Source of the DNA: Pseudovirgaria hyperparasitica
Taxonomy: Eukaryota
Reading direction: 5' to 3' (one strand)
DNA length: 64,000 nucleotides
Assembly (NCBI GenBank): GCA_010093815.1
Contig: ML996570.1
The position numbers and the translations under genes were made by a program. Positions 62,475 to 64,000 of this stretch are shown here, in pieces. Under the pieces are notes generated by a model, which worked only from the letters and a program-made list of their open reading frames with translations, was not told the origin of the DNA and searched no databases. Each line of letters opens with the position of its first letter. Positions within the stretch are counted from its first letter, which is position 1.

Positions 62475-64000
62475 CTACACCGTGAAGCCCACCCCGCTAG
62501 TCTCATCATCCCCACTGACATATCCGTCGTCACTTTCTGTCTTCTCCCCCATCCCCGTGAAGACTTTACTCAGACGCACGCATTTCTCGATGATTTCTCC
62601 TCTGATCTCCCTACTAAACCCACTCTTGCGGCCCGTTTCTCGTCCAACCCACAGGCGTAGCAGGCTGGCCAATCGCTCTAGGCCTTCACTACTGTCTGCC
62701 AATAGCTCAAAGTCATTGCTGAATGAAAGGAGAATTTTGTATGCAGCCACGAAGCTGAGTAAGGAAAGCGTGTACTCGTTGAGCAGGTTGGTGCGAATCG
62801 GGAAGGTTGCGCGAATGCGCGCTTCGACTGATCCTGTTGCTTTGCTTGCTTCGGCGAGAGATAGGCAGCGGGCCATGGTGAGGGCTTTGATAACATCGGA
62901 CGAAACAGGTGCCGTTCCGACGACATTCATGAGTGGTCCTGCTGCTGAACTGGACTCCGAGAGCTTGAGTGGGACGGCATTGAAGGCAGTAGCGACCTCT
63001 TCGTCTCTGTTACTGTCCAGCAGAATGGACTTGGCGACCAACGCACGCACTTGTGCACCTGAATTAGGAGGTGCCGTATCGACCGCGAGTTTCAGGTCCT
63101 CAGTCCAGGTGCTGTCCTTATCAAACGAGTCGACGAGTGCGCGGTTCAAGATCAGGCCTGACCACCACGCAGCCAAAGCATCGAGTGGTCCTGAAATAGC
63201 AAAGTCTTCGAGAACGCTGTCAAGACTCAGGTCGACATCAGTATTCTCGCCGCTTGGTTTGTTCCAGGCAAGGTTGTATGCGCGTTGAATGAGTGGATGG
63301 ACAAGAACATCGTCACATTCGATGTCGAGCAAGGCCGCAAGATGAGTAGGCAGCCGCTCGCTATCGACAATCTCTGCCCGGCTGGTCATCATCCTGTGCT
63401 CGGCTCGAGCCTGGTTCCAGTAGTGACGCGCAAGCTTCGCACTGATCTCTTCGAATTTATACCAGGCGCCGATCTTCGTGTTAGCTACTTCCCAGAGAAG
63501 GACGCGGATGTGCAATGCTTTGAGCATTAGTCGGCCAGGGGTATCTGGCAGAGTGCCTGAGGCCATGAGAGTCAATATCAAGCGTCTCACGTTGATTTCT
63601 GCATCGCCTCCAGTCAATTGTGCGTCCAAGGCGATGGACCAGGCCTTTACTCGTCCTTCCTCCTGCTCCCTTGTGGCTCCAGTCAAGAAGGCATAGCCCT
63701 GCCAACCAATAAGGTGACGCGTGCTCAGCTTGCATATCTTGAGACCAAGAGCCGTAATCTCCGCCAAAAAGCTGTGCTGTGGTACCCATATTGACTGGAC
63801 GGCTGTGAGCCATGCTTGGCAGCGTAGCTCAACAGGTGAGGCAAGCGACAGAGTCGGCGTGACTCTCGTGATAGTAGAAGGAGCTTTCTTGGACTTTGGC
63901 TTGGACGTGAGGATGGGCCAAGCAAGATACATCAGCGCGAAGATAACCAAAACGAATTTAAACAGAGGCAGAACGTTGCCAGGTCCATTGGAACCAGTGA
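62475..64000 (-). CDS. srbA: SREBP-family transcription factor (SrbA/Sre1), C-terminal DUF2014 region; 5' end outside the window
   Basis: TM segment followed by QAWLTAVQSIWVP, KAWSIALDAQLTGGDAEIN, TLMASGTLPDTPGRLMLKALHIRVLLW, PLDALAAWWS, SDDGYVS. The frame runs off the window edge. Confidence 0.85.
   Translation of the reverse strand, partial: TGSNGPGNVLPLFKFVLVIFALMYLAWPILTSKPKSKKAPSTITRVTPTLSLASPVELRCQAWLTAVQSIWVPQHSFLAEITALGLKICKLSTRHLIGWQGYAFLTGATREQEEGRVKAWSIALDAQLTGGDAEINVRRLILTLMASGTLPDTPGRLMLKALHIRVLLWEVANTKIGAWYKFEEISAKLARHYWNQARAEHRMMTSRAEIVDSERLPTHLAALLDIECDDVLVHPLIQRAYNLAWNKPSGENTDVDLSLDSVLEDFAISGPLDALAAWWSGLILNRALVDSFDKDSTWTEDLKLAVDTAPPNSGAQVRALVAKSILLDSNRDEEVATAFNAVPLKLSESSSAAGPLMNVVGTAPVSSDVIKALTMARCLSLAEASKATGSVEARIRATFPIRTNLLNEYTLSLLSFVAAYKILLSFSNDFELLADSSEGLERLASLLRLWVGRETGRKSGFSREIRGEIIEKCVRLSKVFTGMGEKTESDDGYVSGDDETSGVGFTV

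Overview
Gene-dense chromosomal window from a filamentous ascomycete (Pezizomycotina, probably Dothideomycetes; inferred from gene content and short GT-AG introns with CTAAC/CTGAC branch sites). I can support 24 protein-coding genes. Recognisable ones are MAF1, BUD32, GSH1, a FAM32A-like protein, an NADP-dependent MDR oxidoreductase, alpha-1,3-glucan synthase, an alpha/beta-hydrolase, a KstD-like flavoprotein, two HAD hydrolases, a cupin, an Old Yellow Enzyme, an MFS transporter, a MARVEL-like protein, RIO1, ERV41, an NmrA-like reductase, a YOX1-like homeobox factor and the 3' part of an SREBP. The rest are hypothetical or hydrophilic proteins. There is also an intron-containing tRNA-Tyr(GTA), microsatellites and TpA-rich (RIP-like) patches. 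The signals least explained by ordinary annotation are: (1) a structured non-tRNA element with a perfect Pol III B-box hairpin and T-run at ~37.55-37.8 kb; (2) a 235-nt intron folding into a long nested rod with an alternative pairing; (3) an intronless, apparently mitochondria-targeted KstD-like enzyme with bacterial-type catalytic motifs in a small catabolic-looking block; (4) a 1.27-kb ATG-free stretch upstream of a conserved low-complexity protein; and (5) a small possibly dsRBD-like orphan behind a cluster of TGA(C/G)TCA sites. Exon boundaries and RNA pairings were derived by hand; no searches or folding programs were run.
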